The position numbers were made by a program, and so were the translations under genes. Positions 1 to 15,551 of a DNA stretch of 64,000 bases are shown piece after piece. The notes beneath the pieces were generated by a model. It had not been told where the DNA came from and did not search any database. It worked only from the letters and a program-made list of their open reading frames with translations. The stretch lies in assembly GCF_009914755.1 (NCBI RefSeq), contig NC_060926.1. One strand, given 5' to 3'. The stretch's first letter is position 1, and each line of letters opens with the position of its first letter. This stretch comes from the human T2T-CHM13v2.0 reference genome, Homo sapiens.

Positions 1-582
1 TGATTTTATGACTGCTGTACATGACTCATTTATCCTGACGTGTATTTCTATTCTAAGCACAGAGTACACATGAAAAAAAAGTGAGTTTCCAAATTGTAGA
101 AATATTCTAAGTGAAAGTGAATGATACAGTTGCAAAGAATATTATGTAACACAAGACTGTGGTTTCAAGTAAATGAATTTCCCTTTCTGTTTTCTGTTTT
201 TCACGTGTTACTATACATGTGCCCCCTTGCTCTGGTTTGGTGGTGTGCTACACAAGTTCACCCTTAATTGTTTGCTATGTCATTTTCAACACCACTGTTT
301 AAACATCTTCCAGATTTGCTTAATCTCTACCGCATTATTAATCGGCTCTCAAAAATGAGATTTCAATGTTTCAAACAATCCTTACTTCCCACTCTTACAG
401 AACTGTCATTCTATTTCTTTTTTTCTTTTTTTTAACTTTCTTTCAGTTCTCTCTGTCCTGCAGCTATTTGGGCTACATACATTCATGCATTCAATCTAAA
501 GTTTGCCTATATTATAGCCTACAATCCCTATCCTGGCTTGGCAACCTGCAAGTTAGTCCTAAACATATTCTAGTTGTTTCTG

Positions 583-1722
583 TTTTTTTTTTTTAAAGCT
601 ATACATTGACAAATTATAGTATATATTTATGGGGTACAAAGTGATATTATGATTCATGCATACAATGTGGAATAATGAAATCAAATTAGTTAACATTTCT
701 ATCACCTCAAATATTTATTTTTTTGTAGTGAGAACATTCGAAATGTACTCTTTCCAACATTTTTAAGTACACAGTACACTATCATTTACTATATTCACCA
801 TGTTAAAAAAAATACAAAACTCATTTCTCCTGTCTGAGGCTTTGTAAGTTTTGAGCAGCATCATCTTTCCATTTCTTTCACCTGACCCCCACCTCCCGCC
901 ACCCTCTTGTAACCATTATTCTATTCTCTGGTTCTATTATTTCTATTGTTTTAGATTCCACATAAGTGAAAACACACAGCATTTGTCTTTCTGTGTCTGG
1001 CTTATTTCACTTATAATGTTCACCAATTCCATCCATTTTGTTACAAATAAAAGAATCCTTTTTAAAGGCTGAATAGTATTCCACTGTGTTTCTACACCAT
1101 ACTTTATCCATTCATCTGTCAATGGACATTCAAGTTAATTCCATCTCCTGGCTATTGGGAATAGTGCTACAATGAACACTGGAGTGCAAACATCTCTTCG
1201 ACATACTGATTTCAAACCTTTGGGGTAAATCCTGGTAGAGGGATTTACTGTATTAAGATCCCAGTAGTGGGATTTCTGTATCATATAATTCTATTTTTGG
1301 TATTTTTAGGAACCTGCATACATTTTTCCATAATGGCTTTATTAATTTACATTCCCACTAAGGTTTGTGGAAATACAAGGGCTCTTTTTTTTTCCACACT
1401 CTTGCCAACACTTATCTTTCATCTTTTTGATAATAGCCATTGTTACATGTGTGAGCTGATATCTCATTGCAGTTTTAATTTCCATTTTCCTAAGATTAGC
1501 AATGATAAGCTTTTATTTCACATATCTGTTGACCATTTGTATGTCTTCTTTGAGGAAATTCTATTCAGGCCCCTTGCCCATTTTAAAATCAGATTATTTG
1601 TTTTCTTTCTATAGTGTTGTTTGAGATCCTTACATATTTTGCATATTAACCATTTATCAGACATCTGGCTTGCAAATATTTTTTCCCTGTCTGTGGGTAG
1701 TTGCTTTACTCTGTTATTGTTG
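583..1722 (-). mobile_element. L1MA-type LINE-1, 3' UTR and end of ORF2, 5'-truncated
   Basis: T-run followed by ATATATTTATGGGGTACAAAGTGATATT...TTCTGTGTCTGGCTTATTTCACTT...ATAGTGCTACAATGAACACTGGAGTGCA, the reverse complement of old L1MA 3' ends; explains ORFs 851..1072 and 1267..1614. Confidence 0.9.
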
Positions 1723-4700
1723 ACATTTTACATACCAATATACAAGCACATATAAAATGAAAAATACATTTTGTTTTACCAATGTATCCATTATTTTAGA
1801 TCAAGAATGTGGTAAACAATATAAAGGTATTAAAATGACTACTTTCAGAAGCAAATGTTCAGTGATACGATGAATGATGATGTACAGCGTCCACTTATCT
1901 CTAATAAACACCATTTACCTGCTTATACTAAAGCTATATGGTAATTCTGTTACAGGAATATCACAATTCCTAGTAACAATTCATTTAATGAGTTACAAAT
2001 AAAGTGTTAGAGGCTTTCAGATCCATAATACAGTTATTTAATATTATGAAAAGTATTCACTAATAAATGCATCTGTAACTGTAAGTATATGCCATCAGCT
2101 CAAGGCTAGAAATAAGCTGATCGAATCTGATAAAAACACCATAAAAAACCATTCCTTCATTCTAGGTTACAGGGTCCTCTCCTTTATCAACCATTAGCTT
2201 ATTCCTTGTAATTCTGAAACATAATTCAGATAACTCTTCCTGTAATTTCCAAAGGATAAAGAAAGAAGAAAAAGTGAAGTTAAATCAGAGCTCTCAACCA
2301 AAAGAGTGATCAGCCCCTTATGGCAACTGCAAATTATTCTGTTTATTCATGACCACAGTCTTTTTCTGCTCTCAAAGATCTAGCTCTAGATTTAGATGAT
2401 GTTTAAAGATGGCAGGATTATGGAACATCAGGTTATCTACTTAGTCATTCACATTCTAACTATTTCACTTTATAACAACTCATGCTATGGGAAAATGTCC
2501 ATAGCAGTATCTGTGCTAGGATTAGCAAGCCTTAGAGAAGAGCCTAAGTTCCTGACAACCCAAACCTTAAGGTTACCAAATCCTTTTGAGCATGGAGCAA
2601 TACAATGCAAGAATCAAAGAAAATGCACCATCTGTCCAATAAACTGAGCTATGTTGTGATGTCCCAAATATCAATTTTGTCTCTTACTAATATTTCACAC
2701 GTGTATCTTAGAAAGAATTAGAAAGGTATGTTCCCTGGTGAATTTAAAATGAATAAAATATCCTTGAAAAAAGTATCCCCTAAAGGTTACACAGAAGAAA
2801 AGTTTCTTATATTATGGAAGCTCCCTCCCTCCTCAATAAAAGACATCATATCCTAAGGACATCCTTGTCTTCGTACACCCTTTGTTTTAGCCCATCTGTT
2901 CCAAGTTTGATAATGGCTTAGCTTGTTCAATATCAGGGCCTTTCCTAATGTGTAGGTGACCTGCTTTTATTTAATTTTGAATTTAGCTTCTATTCATTTT
3001 ATGATCCTACTCTATTTTAGTAATTACGTACGGGCATCCAGAGGGATTTTGTCGATGGTAACATTAAAAATTAATAGGTGAATGAGTGGGTATGATGATT
3101 TATATTGCAGAGAGAGCCCATAAGGCATCAGTGAAAGATGTTGATAGAACCTAGCATCAAGTTACCAGTAAAAAATGGTATAACACACAGCCATAGTTAT
3201 TATTGTAAATACAAATTTTTACATTTTTCCAACTCATTCTCCAGCCTTTACTTCCTCCTTCCCTTCTAAAATTTTTTTATTTATTGAACCTGGCAGAGTT
3301 CTTTTGAAACTGACAATCTGTCAGTGTTGCTCATTTTCCAGGCTAGAAATTGTAGGCACTGATCACTCTTCACCCCTTTATACCTAATCTATCATCCGTG
3401 CTATTCTCTCTGTGTAAAATCTTCACTAGTCTCTTTTCATTTTCTCTTCATTCTCATACCATCACCATAAGTAAGCAGGTTTATCAAGGTGATACAATTC
3501 AGCTGGTAAAAATATTTTCCTCATGTTTTGAATGCTGGAACATCATCATTTTGTGTGCATAACTTGATGTTTGCAACTATGTAAACAAATACATGTATAT
3601 TATTTTCCAAATACAAATAATTATTGAATAGTGGTTAAGTAGTTTTATTTTAAATGCATGCGACAGTCACCATGATTCCACCAAGATGGTTGTTCTATTG
3701 AATTCAGCTTTTGTTTAAAGAATTTTTTAAAGTATATGTTAGTTGATTTAGATTGAGTATACAAATATTTAACTAACTTCTCAGATAATTGTTAAATGTT
3801 ATATATGCATATTGTTTAGTGAGTAATTCAAATTAGCAGAAACATTTTCAAAGCTAGTTCTTTATACTACATACTCTTCTTTTTTTAATATAAAAAAGCA
3901 ACATCTATTACTGAAGTTTCTAATATATACCAAGGAGATTTTCCTTCAATTCCACATGAAATGAAGGAGGAATTTCCAGGTGTTATTTTTAAGTTCTGTA
4001 TTTTCAAAATTAGGCAACGATGACTAACTAAATCCACAAACATGTGAATGCAGGTGCAAAAAAAAAAAAGTGCCTACAATTAACCACACCTGTGAAATAT
4101 TTAGCCTATGAGACAAAAGCTGGGTTTTTTAGACGTTGGTTCTGAGCATTTTATCTCGAAGCACGATTGTTTCCTAGACCCATCTGTTTTAAACATGTTT
4201 TCAACATTTAATAGGAAATTGAATCCTAGTGATGCCCACTTTTAGTATTACAGTTTATAAAATTTAGTTCTCAAATCAACTTGAATTAAAGTATCAACAT
4301 TGAAATCTGATAGAAATAATGCTTTTTATAATTTTAACAAGTTGTATTTTTTTCTAAAGGGATTAATAGACTCATAATACATACATCGAATCCCCATAGA
4401 CAATAACTTAATGAATGTATCAAATAATATTTAATTATTTCTAAGATTTACCAATTTCAAATGTTTCATTATGACAAAAATATCTCATTTCAAGTACTTA
4501 TAGTACTTCAGACTTCAAACTGTATTATTATGTAGTGTTTTATCAATATATTCCATTAACTTACAAACTGCTGAAATAACAAATTTATTTCCAGCTATAG
4601 TGGGAATTTACATATGAACAGAACAATTGTTAAAAGAATCTAATATTGTGCTTATTTAGTATCCTTTTCCTTTTAAATCCTCCTAGCAAGTCAAATAAAA

Positions 4701-4979
4701 TGTATTTTAATAACTCTTTATTGATTAAAATCAACATCATGGCTAAATGAAAAATAAAGAAATTTTAGCCTCTAGAAACTTTTTTGTTTGGGTACTTTTT
4801 ATTGATTTACAATTAAGAGTAATACGAAATAGGCAGCTGTACTTTTGAGATTTTTTAGGATTTGATTTTTGTCCAGATGTATATATATCATATGTATATG
4901 TATGTGTAAAACAAAAGTAAAATTTCCTGAGACCAGAAGGAAAAGAAAAGCAGTTTTTATATCTGTTTCTTCAGTGTTA

Positions 4980-5101
4980 CATTGATTCACATTTAATCTG
5001 TGGCTGTTAATACCTTGCAATGTTTCAAGCATTGTGATAGGCACTGGGGGTACAAAGATGATGAAGACATTGATGCTTCCTTCAAGGATTTCATCTTATA
5101 G
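4980..5101 (-). mobile_element. L2 3'-end fragment
   Basis: ATTGTGATAGGCACTGGGGGTACAAAGATGATGAAGACATTGATGCTTCCTTCAAGGA resembles the antisense L2 terminus. Confidence 0.55.
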
Positions 5102-8100
5102 CTTGATTCTTGTAATCAGAACTACAAAATAATTAAGTATTTATTATAATTTGAGCAAAGCGGTATAATATCCCTGATTGTGGAGAGAACAATGCTTTTA
5201 TAAAGTTTTTAGACAAATACTGTAATATAGCTTTCAAATATTGAAACATTATAAACAAAATCATAGATAAATAATGACTTGTTCGATGATACATTTGTTG
5301 TAAGCATATACCTAAATCTTACCAATATTTTGAGACTCACTTTGTTCTTTATAAAACTATTTACATACCAGTGTTCTAGGCAGAAACCTTCAATGACTCT
5401 CTAAAGGCAAATGGATATAATCAAAATGTCTCACCCAGTCATTCTGGACTCAAAAATGATTGAATTTGCCTTTCCACCCCTTCTCTAGCATGTACCAAAT
5501 ATGCTAAGTATGAATTGATTACATCCAAGTTATGTTTTTGAGAGCCCATCCCATAGACAGTGTATGATACTGAAAAAGAGTCTCTCAGGAAAAAGCTACT
5601 TCTCCCTTTATAATTAGGAGCTTCCTTCTGAAATTAGAAAGACCTGGTTGAGAAACTCTACACCCAGAACAGGAAAGTGTTAAGTTTCTTTCTTTGCTGT
5701 GATTACAAATCATCCACCATGTCTAGGATCTGAGACCCTCTACTAGTCAGACACTCAGAATTCCATGACTGGCTGTAGCAGGAATGACAAGGGGATAGGA
5801 AAGAACGGTTAACTCCTCATACTGTCCTCAACTATGTTCAGAGATCAAGGAACTGGTTAAACATTTGGTTCAAGAAGATTTAAGGTTTTCTGCTGTGAAT
5901 AATTTCAAATACAGTATGCGTCACAGACCTACAACCTTTCGAGTTTTCAGTGTTTGTCACCAGTTAAACAGTACGGGTTCTGATTGCTAAGAACATTAGT
6001 ATGGTAGGAAAGGAGAAACTAGTTTGGGGCCTGAGAATGAATGTCAATACATTATTCAGGTAATATGTGTAAATGTAAACACGCGTTATGTGGAAAAACT
6101 ACAGGAAAAGTACAACTTAAAAATGTTTGACTTCAAAAACTAGCCTCCCACATTATTTGGTATTTCTGTGAATAAATCAATCTGAATCAATATGAATAAT
6201 GTTCAAAGGAAAAAGACAACTAGCCTGACAACTACTGTTCCAATTTTCCAACCAAAGCAATTTGAAATGACAGATATTAAGCCCTGGCTATTAATGATGG
6301 TAGCTCTGCAGAGTATCACTAGAGTGAAGATTTGAGCTGTAAATAAATTCAAATTACTTGCTTTCACAGTTTGCCCAGACTTCTCATAATTTGTTTTCCC
6401 CCTCTTTATACATGCCCACTAGTGAAAGTTATATTGCACATCCATTTTTTTATTTTATTTTGAAATAATGTATTATATTTCATCATATCTCATTATAATG
6501 TGATACAAGTGAATGTATTGTGACATTGCATCATGTGCTCTGCAATGCTCAGGTGCTATACTCCTCCACTTATCCAAATTAAATTAGAGAAGTTTGACAT
6601 ACATCTAGTCATATTTTACCCTACTGCTTGAATTTGACTAATACATGAACTGTTGTGTCTGATACTGGTAACTTGCTGTGAAATTTTTGACCAAAGTGAC
6701 ACTTTGGGCTGGTATTAACATTTAATATACTGTTAAAATGTAATTTGCCTTCTAAAGGAATAACAGTTTTGTTTGAGTGTATGTGCTTTCATGTTTTTTC
6801 TTTGTTTGCATGAACTTAGTTGATAATTCTGAGGGTGTCCTTATCTGTTGGTAAATTAGCCTCCTCCTTCATGGAAAGACAAGACATTACCTTTTAAAAC
6901 TCTGCAGCTGGTCTCAATTTTCAGCAGGCGCTATCCCAGGCAAAGCCACAGAACAGACCGTATAAATGGATTGAAGGAAGAGAAAACACTGGGTGGCACA
7001 CTCTAATTCTTTTTATTCCTTTCTCTCCTTTTAGTGGCTTAAGGACCCTTCAGCTGTAATGTGTTAACATAGTTAGTTGACCCATTTTCAAAGCTGTGGA
7101 GTAGGTGGCTGAATTTGTCTTTTTCTATTCATCAACACCAATTGTGTCTGATGCCTGCAAGTGACCAGGCATTAAACTGTGGTGAGTCAGGATTATCCCA
7201 AGCAGATTCAGCAATGAAGGGAATGAAGCCATATGTATTAGGCCTCTTGAAGGCATTAAACAATCTCTGAAGCATTCAACTGCTAAGTCCTTAGTCCAGG
7301 GAAACCGTAAAGTTTCTGTAGGTCAATGTTTTTGAAGGATTTTTATTCCCTTCTCAGTGAGTCAGGATATAATGCAATCAATATTCCATATAAAATCATT
7401 CATTGTTCTGTTATTTATGTACAGGGCTTTTTTTGAATGCTGAAATGCTTTCTATGTTAAATTTCAAAAATTCTAACTACTAATATAATGGACTATAAAA
7501 GTTATAGCATATTTTATAAATTCTTAATTCACTCCTATGATTTTAAAATTCTAAAATCTTTCATTTATCAAATAAGAAGCAAAATATGACTTACAATTTT
7601 TTTTCTGCTCAATAGTTCTTGTTTCTCCTACACTGTCTTTGGTTCAGATAAGTGAAAAAGGTGGAACATATAGGAATATTTTTTGATTGTCAACTTTATC
7701 ATCTGAGACACCTTTTGGCAAAACTAAAGAACATCAAATTTTGCAAGATGTCAGCAGGTGTCAGAAAAAAAATTAAATGTTGGTTAAAAATCTTGCAGAA
7801 TGCTAAATTACATAAATTTCTTTATTGCAGTTTTGCTTTTTTTAAATGGAGAGTTTGTAAGAATTCTATCAATATCCTTTCATTTACTCAAATTTCAATT
7901 AACGAACTTTTGCAAACCTAAGAACTCTTCTTGGCCACCTGATAGATAAGTAATCTAGGAGGATCTCTCTGCTTTAGTGGGGGGTCACAGCCCTATGAAT
8001 CTTGTCTGGACAATAAAGATAATCTTAGCAGGACCAATCAATTCCCCTCAATACAAAGAGCATATATTGTAAATGTATGTTAGGTTAAGAATATAGTGAT

Positions 8101-8743
8101 TCCCAAGTATTCACCATTTACCACTACCTCCTGTACTCCAACCAGATACAGAGTATGCATCCTGTGTCTGGGACCTGCAGGCCTAATTCAGCAATGAATT
8201 GAGGGCAATCTAGGTGGGTGGAACTGATTGGCAGTGAGAAGGGAATAGTGTTAATATTGAAAAGGAGGATGTGTAGGAGAAGCTCAAGGACCTGGGGGTA
8301 CTAGTTAGCATAAATGTTTTAAGGAGTTCATAAAATAGGAAGATAAAAGAACTGTTATACTTTTAAATTATTGAATAGAAAATAAAATGGGGAAGACAAT
8401 TTAAGGAAGATATGCTGAACATTATGAATGAAATCTTCTTATAATTACACTTTTTAAAAACAATTTTGAACCTTGGAATATTTCAAATTATTTTAATGTT
8501 GCATGAAGTCTAGATGGAGTCTCCGAATGACTTGGTGGTAAAAAGTTGCACGTAGTTTCCAAAAGTTCTATTATTTCCTTAATATAATTAATAAACTCAG
8601 AAATAAATCAACTTTAAACTTTTTTTTGATCTTTTGGAGAGGAATTAACAGCATTTGAAAATTTTAAATCCTATTTCTATCTTATTATCCAGTAAGCTTT
8701 GATATTCATTTATGTTTACTAGCATCTATAATCCAGATTGCTA

Positions 8744-9049
<306 letters not shown>

Positions 9050-12000
9050 CTACCTTTCAAAAATTACTTTTAAAAACAGAGTGTTGCTGTTCTGTTTATC
9101 TTCTGATACTTTGTTGTTGATGATGGGTTTGGACATTAGTTAAACAATCACCATGAAATATCATCTTGGGTTTAATATCCTAATATGTTTCAAAAAGTAA
9201 CTGTAACTTGAATGCTGACAAGAAAAACAAAGAATAGTTTACTATAGAATGATAGAATACTGTACAGTGTGAAGTGAAAAATAGTCTTTTCTCAACTTGA
9301 ATGCCATATCAGAATGCATTGTTTCTATTCTCTGTGGTTCATACAAGCCTAACTTAAAATATCCATTATTCCTATTATTCTTATTGCAACATCTACAATA
9401 AACTATATTATGTAAGAGAACTACTTACGAAGTATGACTTTTCCATATTGTAACATTGTGAGAAATACAGCATACATTTTGCATACAGACAATATCATAT
9501 GAACAACTCGCAAACCACATAATTTTTTAAATGCGGTTTTGGTATATTATTATCCTGTATTAATTTATTCTCATCTCAGTTGATTATTTTCAGTATTAAT
9601 AAGAACAAATTTTGCAATTGTAATATGGATAGTGAGTGAATGAACTTATCTCCTTATGTCTCTTCTAAAATTACATTTCTGAAAAACACAACATCTATGC
9701 TTAATTGGGTCATTGGGGACTGTTGCCAATTACTAAAAAACCTAATGTGATTTTGCTCATCAATTTTCAGTAAATTATATTGGAATGTACAAGGAGAATC
9801 AAGCAGTATGTGAATTTCATTTGCATTAAAACAGCATTTTGGGGTAGAAGAATATATATATTGAAAAATTTACATTTTTCTCAAAGTACCAAATGAGGAG
9901 GTATGGTGTAGAATTAATAACTTATAGAGTTTAACAAGGTGTCTAAAAATAAGCTTATATTTCTTCAAATAATAAAGAGATATCGATAATTTAAAAATTT
10001 TATATTGTCTTCTAGTGGGCTTTCAAAATAAAATTTTTATCCAAGGTATGAAAATACAGGGCAGGTTAATCATAGGTGTTCTTGAAGCTTCCAGAGCCAT
10101 TAATAAAGGCAATAGATTTAATGTATATCTCAAAATACCCAGTGAGATGAGACTGTGTGGAATATAAATAGGTATAATGGTTGTAAAACTCTCCTGTCAC
10201 CGATTAAAAAATCATCATCATTTTTTTCTTAATGCTAGCTTATTTGATCCAGAACTGTCCATTACTATAGGTTTGTTTTTACGTTTGTTCTTCTAGCATT
10301 GATGTGGGATATGAATACATGTGCATATGTATGTTTTGTGTATATGTTTAACATGATTCTGACAGAAGAAATTGGGTGAAAGAAAAAAATGAAGAGAATA
10401 AGACATTTTTTTTTCTGATAAGAAAACTGACCATCTTATGACTTAACAGAATGAAATTAAACAGGTAAGTCTGGCAAACCAATGGTCTATAGTTTTTGAG
10501 AATTAAAAAAAGATGGAAAAGGCCTAAGAGAGTCATATAAAGTTATAAAGACAATTATTTCCATGAAGTAGCTATTCTTAAATCTACTTGCTATGAAATA
10601 ATAAGGATGAATAAAATTAGATGTCAATAATCAATTCTACCTAAATATTTATATTTCTTTAAATCTGGACCTAAATTGTACAACTCCTCACAATTAGTAA
10701 TTATAGGATATCACAATTGGAAGAAAGCAAAGAGATAGAAATGTTTATGAGAAAACTATCTCCCAAATATGAATACTTCAAACTTTCCTAACAGGCAGGA
10801 ATTTCATTAGTGCTTGAACAAAAACCAGTGTAGTAAGATGACACTACCAAACATTTAACACTTATATTGATGTAAAGTCTATCTACATGTATTTGTCATC
10901 ATTTTGTCGCATTTGGATGTTTGAAATTACACAGGCTAGGTAGAACCACTTTTTAATGGTAGACTCACCAACATATTAAGAATCTTATTTTATATTTTTT
11001 CAGGTTCTTCTCCCTCAAGAAAAGCACCCTTGTTCCCTTCTACTTGTCTTCATATTTACATTCAACCTTCTTTTCAGTTATCTTGCCGTCTTGTGTGTTT
11101 CCTTTTCCATTAGTCAATGTTCCCCTTTAAAATACATACTGAGAAATACAATGTTGATTTGTATTTCAGTGACAAAGTCAGGAATATTCCATTTAAATTA
11201 TTTTTTCAGGCCTGGGCAAAGTATAGTTATTAGGATAATGCAATAGTTCAGACACTGCCTCAGAACTGCTTACCAAATTGGATGAGGAAAAACTGCAGGT
11301 GAAGTGCAAACCATGCATATCCAAGCCTAGAAAATGACAGTGATCATCATGCCCATTATCAGAAGAATATTAATTTTGACATGATTTTCCAGTTCTTGTA
11401 ATTGGTTTTTACTCTGTCATGTCTGTTCTCACTCATTAATATGTTTTTCACAACAAGAATGATAAACGGAGAACCTCTTTATATTTGAGGTCACCTTGTA
11501 TAATTGATACAATAGTCCAAATCATTGAATATCCTAAATTACTCTTTCTCTAGTATGAGTGAGAGAAACAAGAGCATCACCAATTATAAAGCCTAAGAAA
11601 CAGAAGCTGAACTGCTTACTCTTGAGTTATTAGCAATGCCCTTGAGAGATCTAGGAATGTCACTCATTACCTTGGAAATCAGTAAACTGGTAAATCTGTC
11701 CTTGGCACTAGGCAACTAGAACAAAGGTGAAAAGGAATAACATGAACAGTTCCCGACTGCCTGATAGAGGGCCACCAACCTTATGATGCAGTTCCCCAAT
11801 GCTACAATAAAATGTCCTAGAAAGGCTTTGCACAATTACGTGGGTTTAAGTTATTATTGTCCTATTTTATACAATGATATAAGAAAACCACAGATTTTCA
11901 TCAAAATATATATTATCACAAATACAAATTATGAATAACATTTTTACTAGAGATTTACCCCTCTCCCCATCTCACCTCATCTGCTTTGTTGAAAGCCTGT

Positions 12001-12166
12001 ATCTGACATTCAGTGGAGAAACTGGAAAGATGGTTGTAAAAATAATTAGAAAGCAAATGGGAATTATGAAATTCAAAACCAAGGATCACAAACCAGATGA
12101 GAGTATAAGACAAATCAATAGGACAGCACTATCAGATTTAATTTTCTAGAGGATTGAAATATTTCC

Positions 12167-12316
12167 CTGCACTGTCCAATGTGGAAGTTACTTGCCACAT
12201 GTGGCTACTGGGAACCAAAATCTGCTAGTGTAACTGTTAATTAAGAATCAACTGTGAATTTTCCTGAATTTTAAATGGCCCCATATAGCTAGACACTACT
12301 GGATTGGACAGCACAA
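12167..12316. mobile_element. MER3 (hAT-Charlie non-autonomous DNA transposon)
   Basis: Terminal inverted repeats CTGCACTGTCCAAT ... ATTGGACAGCACAA; internal GCCACATGTGGCTAC. Confidence 0.8.
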
Positions 12317-12520
12317 CTCAAGACTATGTTCACTTTGACATTTCACTTGTCTCTGAACCTGGTATTTATTTAAAAGCTACATCCTACCTATTGTCTGTTA
12401 AGAAGCAGGTTTCCTTCTCTCTGAAAAAAAAAATACCAATTTATGCAGGCAAATATTCGGTGATTATATCTTACATTCTCCAAATATTTTATAAAATAAA
12501 AGTTGGAAATATCTATTATG

Positions 12521-12610
12521 GGTCTCAGCTCTGCCATTAACAACTGCGTGACCTTAAGCAAGTCAGCATGTATTTGGGGCTTAGTTTCCTCATTTGTAAA
12601 ATGAGTGATG
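12521..12610 (+). mobile_element. MIR fragment
   Basis: CTCTGCCATTAACAACTGCGTGACCTTAAGCAAGTCA...TTAGTTTCCTCATTTGTAAAATGAG (MIR core). Confidence 0.75.
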
Positions 12611-12669
12611 AGAAGAGACCATCTACTGCCCAGATCAGTTATACAATCTTATGGTACTATGTATCATAG

Positions 12670-13140
12670 GACTGACAGATACTAGTAAGAGAATCAAACA
12701 AGGCCATGGTATAGAATGGCTGGTTGGGAGCTTGCTCATTTAGTTAGGGTGGTCAGGATAAACTTCTCCTAGGATTAGGCATTGGACCTGCAACCTCAAT
12801 GATAACAAGTCTAACGTGAAGATCTTCAGGAAGATCAACTAAGGCAAAAGACACAGTAATTGCATAATTCCTGGGATGGAAATGGGTCTGAAAGAAGTTA
12901 AGTGTAGCTAAAATATGAGGCACAAGAGAGAGAAGGACAGCATATCAGATCACAGAGTTAAGAGGGGTCCAGAGAATCACTCCCTTACAGTCTTGATTAG
13001 GAGTTGGCATTTTATTCTGTGTTCAAGATTATAAGCAGGGGATTTAAATAAACTGATCTGTATTTTTCAAATAACATTCTAGGTGCTGCACAGAGAATGG
13101 GCAGTAGTAGGGAGAACAAGTATGGAAGCATGGAGATCAC
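12670..13140 (-). mobile_element. L2 fragment
   Basis: TAGGGTGGTCAGGATAAACTTCTCC...AAGATCTTCAGGAAGA...CATTCTAGGTGCTGCACAGAGAATGG, typical antisense L2. Confidence 0.65.
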
Positions 13141-13189
13141 ATAGATGTTTACTCTTTTTTCTTGATGCAGATTTAGTGCCAGAAGTGGC

Positions 13190-13594
13190 TTCTTGGCCAA
13201 AATCTGGATTTCTAGGTTTCCTTTGCATTTAAGTGTGGCCATGTGAGTAGTCCTTATACAGAGGATATAAGCAAAAGAGATGCTTGTCTTTCTTTTCTAG
13301 TCAAGGTAATTAAAAAGGAGGTGTGTCTTTCCCCTACTTCCCTGCTCTCCCTTCTGTTTGCTGGGTATCTCCACCTTCATCCCAGGAGACAATGAAAGTC
13401 ATGTCTTTGAAAATGGCAGAACCTCCATTTTCTTAGATTCCTGAAAGACAGAATGGAGCAGAGCCCTTCACCTTTCCAATCACCAGAAATACCCATGTTA
13501 GACTATCACTGACCAAGTAAAAATTTTGGGGGGATTCAGATCCTTAAATATTGCTTTTTGTTTAATAATAACTCGCATTTCCCTAATTAACATA
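13190..13594 (+). mobile_element. MLT1J-like MaLR LTR
   Basis: CCTTTGCATTTAAGTGTGGCCATGTGAG..., GAAAATGGCAGAACC, GAATGGAGCAGAGCCC, end CATTTCCCTAATTAACATA. Confidence 0.65.
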
Positions 13595-13859
13595 GAACCT
13601 CTCCACAACCTATGCCTGTAGTGTAGATTATAGCTAACTCAATCCGTACAGTTCTCCGTAGGTGGGTAGGTGGAGACAATGTCTTAAGGCTCTAGTGGGC
13701 TAATGGCTGACTGATATCTAAACCCATGGTCCAAATTCTTTGGAAATCTAATTTAGAACAAGCATTCAAGAAAGTATTTTTAGTTGCCAAAGATTAGTTT
13801 AAAACATGTATTATGCAGATCTATATGGAGCCACAACAAACACAATACAGAGCTTGAAG

Positions 13860-13960
13860 GCTTCATGATAAAAGTAAAGCATTAGAGATTTTTTCCTGGA
13901 GGAGGAAGTCTTTAGGAGACACTTTAGAGTGACTTCAGATGATATAAGCCCTACAGTGCA
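13860..13960 (+). mobile_element. Possible CR1/L3 fragment
   Basis: AGAGATTTTTTCCTGGAGGAGGAAGTCTTTAGGAGACACTTTAGAGTGACTTCAGATG loosely resembles the L3 3' region. Confidence 0.3.
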
Positions 13961-15250
13961 AATACCACTGCCCACTGTGAAATATATTCATTCTTAATTA
14001 TATTTGAACGCTAAAACCACAACTAATTTTGCTCTATCTCTGTGAACAACTCGGCTATTATGATCCTTTTACAGAATGAATTCAGTGGGAAATATTGAAG
14101 TATTATGTATTTGTAATCTAAGAAAAGGAAAACACTTGTACTTTAACCTAAAATTTGCATTAAATTGTTTGAACAATCATAAGAACTTGCACTGTCTCAC
14201 CTTAGTTATTCACATAACAGGATCCTGTTTGCCTGAAAATAAAGTCATTTCTATGTATAAGACAGCGTGACTTCAAAATGTGGCCTGAAAAGTTGTATGA
14301 ATAAAGTTTATATTTAGAACAATGTAGTATTTGAAAAGGAGCATCCATTTTCTTTTATGCTAAACAAGCTTTACATTTCATTTGCATTTCTGTCACATTT
14401 CAACAAGATTATATGTTCAGAGAGCTGATGTTATGACTAATTTCATTCACATTTAAGAAAAAATGTAGCCAGTTTGAAGAGAAAAAATATAAAAACACTA
14501 AATAGTGTTCTAGAACAGGAAAGAGAAAAGACAATGATTTTCTGCAGCAAAATAATGTAGAACATTTTGTAAATCACAGGAGAACCACAGGAGATGTTTT
14601 GGGTTGAGATAATACTTGAGGCATGGTATAGTAAAAATAATGGACAGAAGTAGAAAAATATCTCACTTCAGAAAAAAATTTGGGACGTATTTTTCTATAG
14701 ATACTTTGTCATTACCCTTTCCCCTTTCTCTGCTACTCACACACACAAATTGGTCCCCGCTACAGACTCTCACTCCCAAGCATTGATGTCTTATTCCTGT
14801 TGTCGTTACTATTTTTAATCCCCAATACATGATTTAATTTGACTGTTCCATCAGGGCAAAACCCTATGCATTTCACCTCTCTTTTATGCCAATGGCAGAC
14901 AACACAATTGATTATAAAACTATATTTTTTTTTACTGAGCCCCTATCTCTTATTGAGAAAGGATGAACCTATCATAACACAATTTATTCTACCTATTTTG
15001 GAGTTTGGTGCCTTAGTGGCATAAAGTAGAAGTAGTTACTACAATGAATGGATAAATAAAATAAGTCATCCTCTCCAGGCATCTTTCTTTTCAAAAATAA
15101 TACATTTTTAACAGTGAAAATCTATAAAAGTTTCAAACATGCTTGTTGAAATTCATAGTCAGATATTGGGGGCAGGTGGGGATGGGGAAACCTATTGAAT
15201 ATACACAATGTGACAATGGCAATAAAAAAGATGATGAAAAAACCCATTTA

Positions 15251-15551
<301 letters not shown>

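Noticed and set aside
7630-7920. Possible old Tigger-like DNA transposon relic
   Set aside because: Only vague terminal resemblance; I could not match a family or find paired terminal repeats
11210-11298. Possible 89-nt exon (TTTTTTCAG|...CAG|GTGAAG)
   Set aside because: Stop codons in all three frames and a weak donor; only a non-coding exon is possible and nothing supports one
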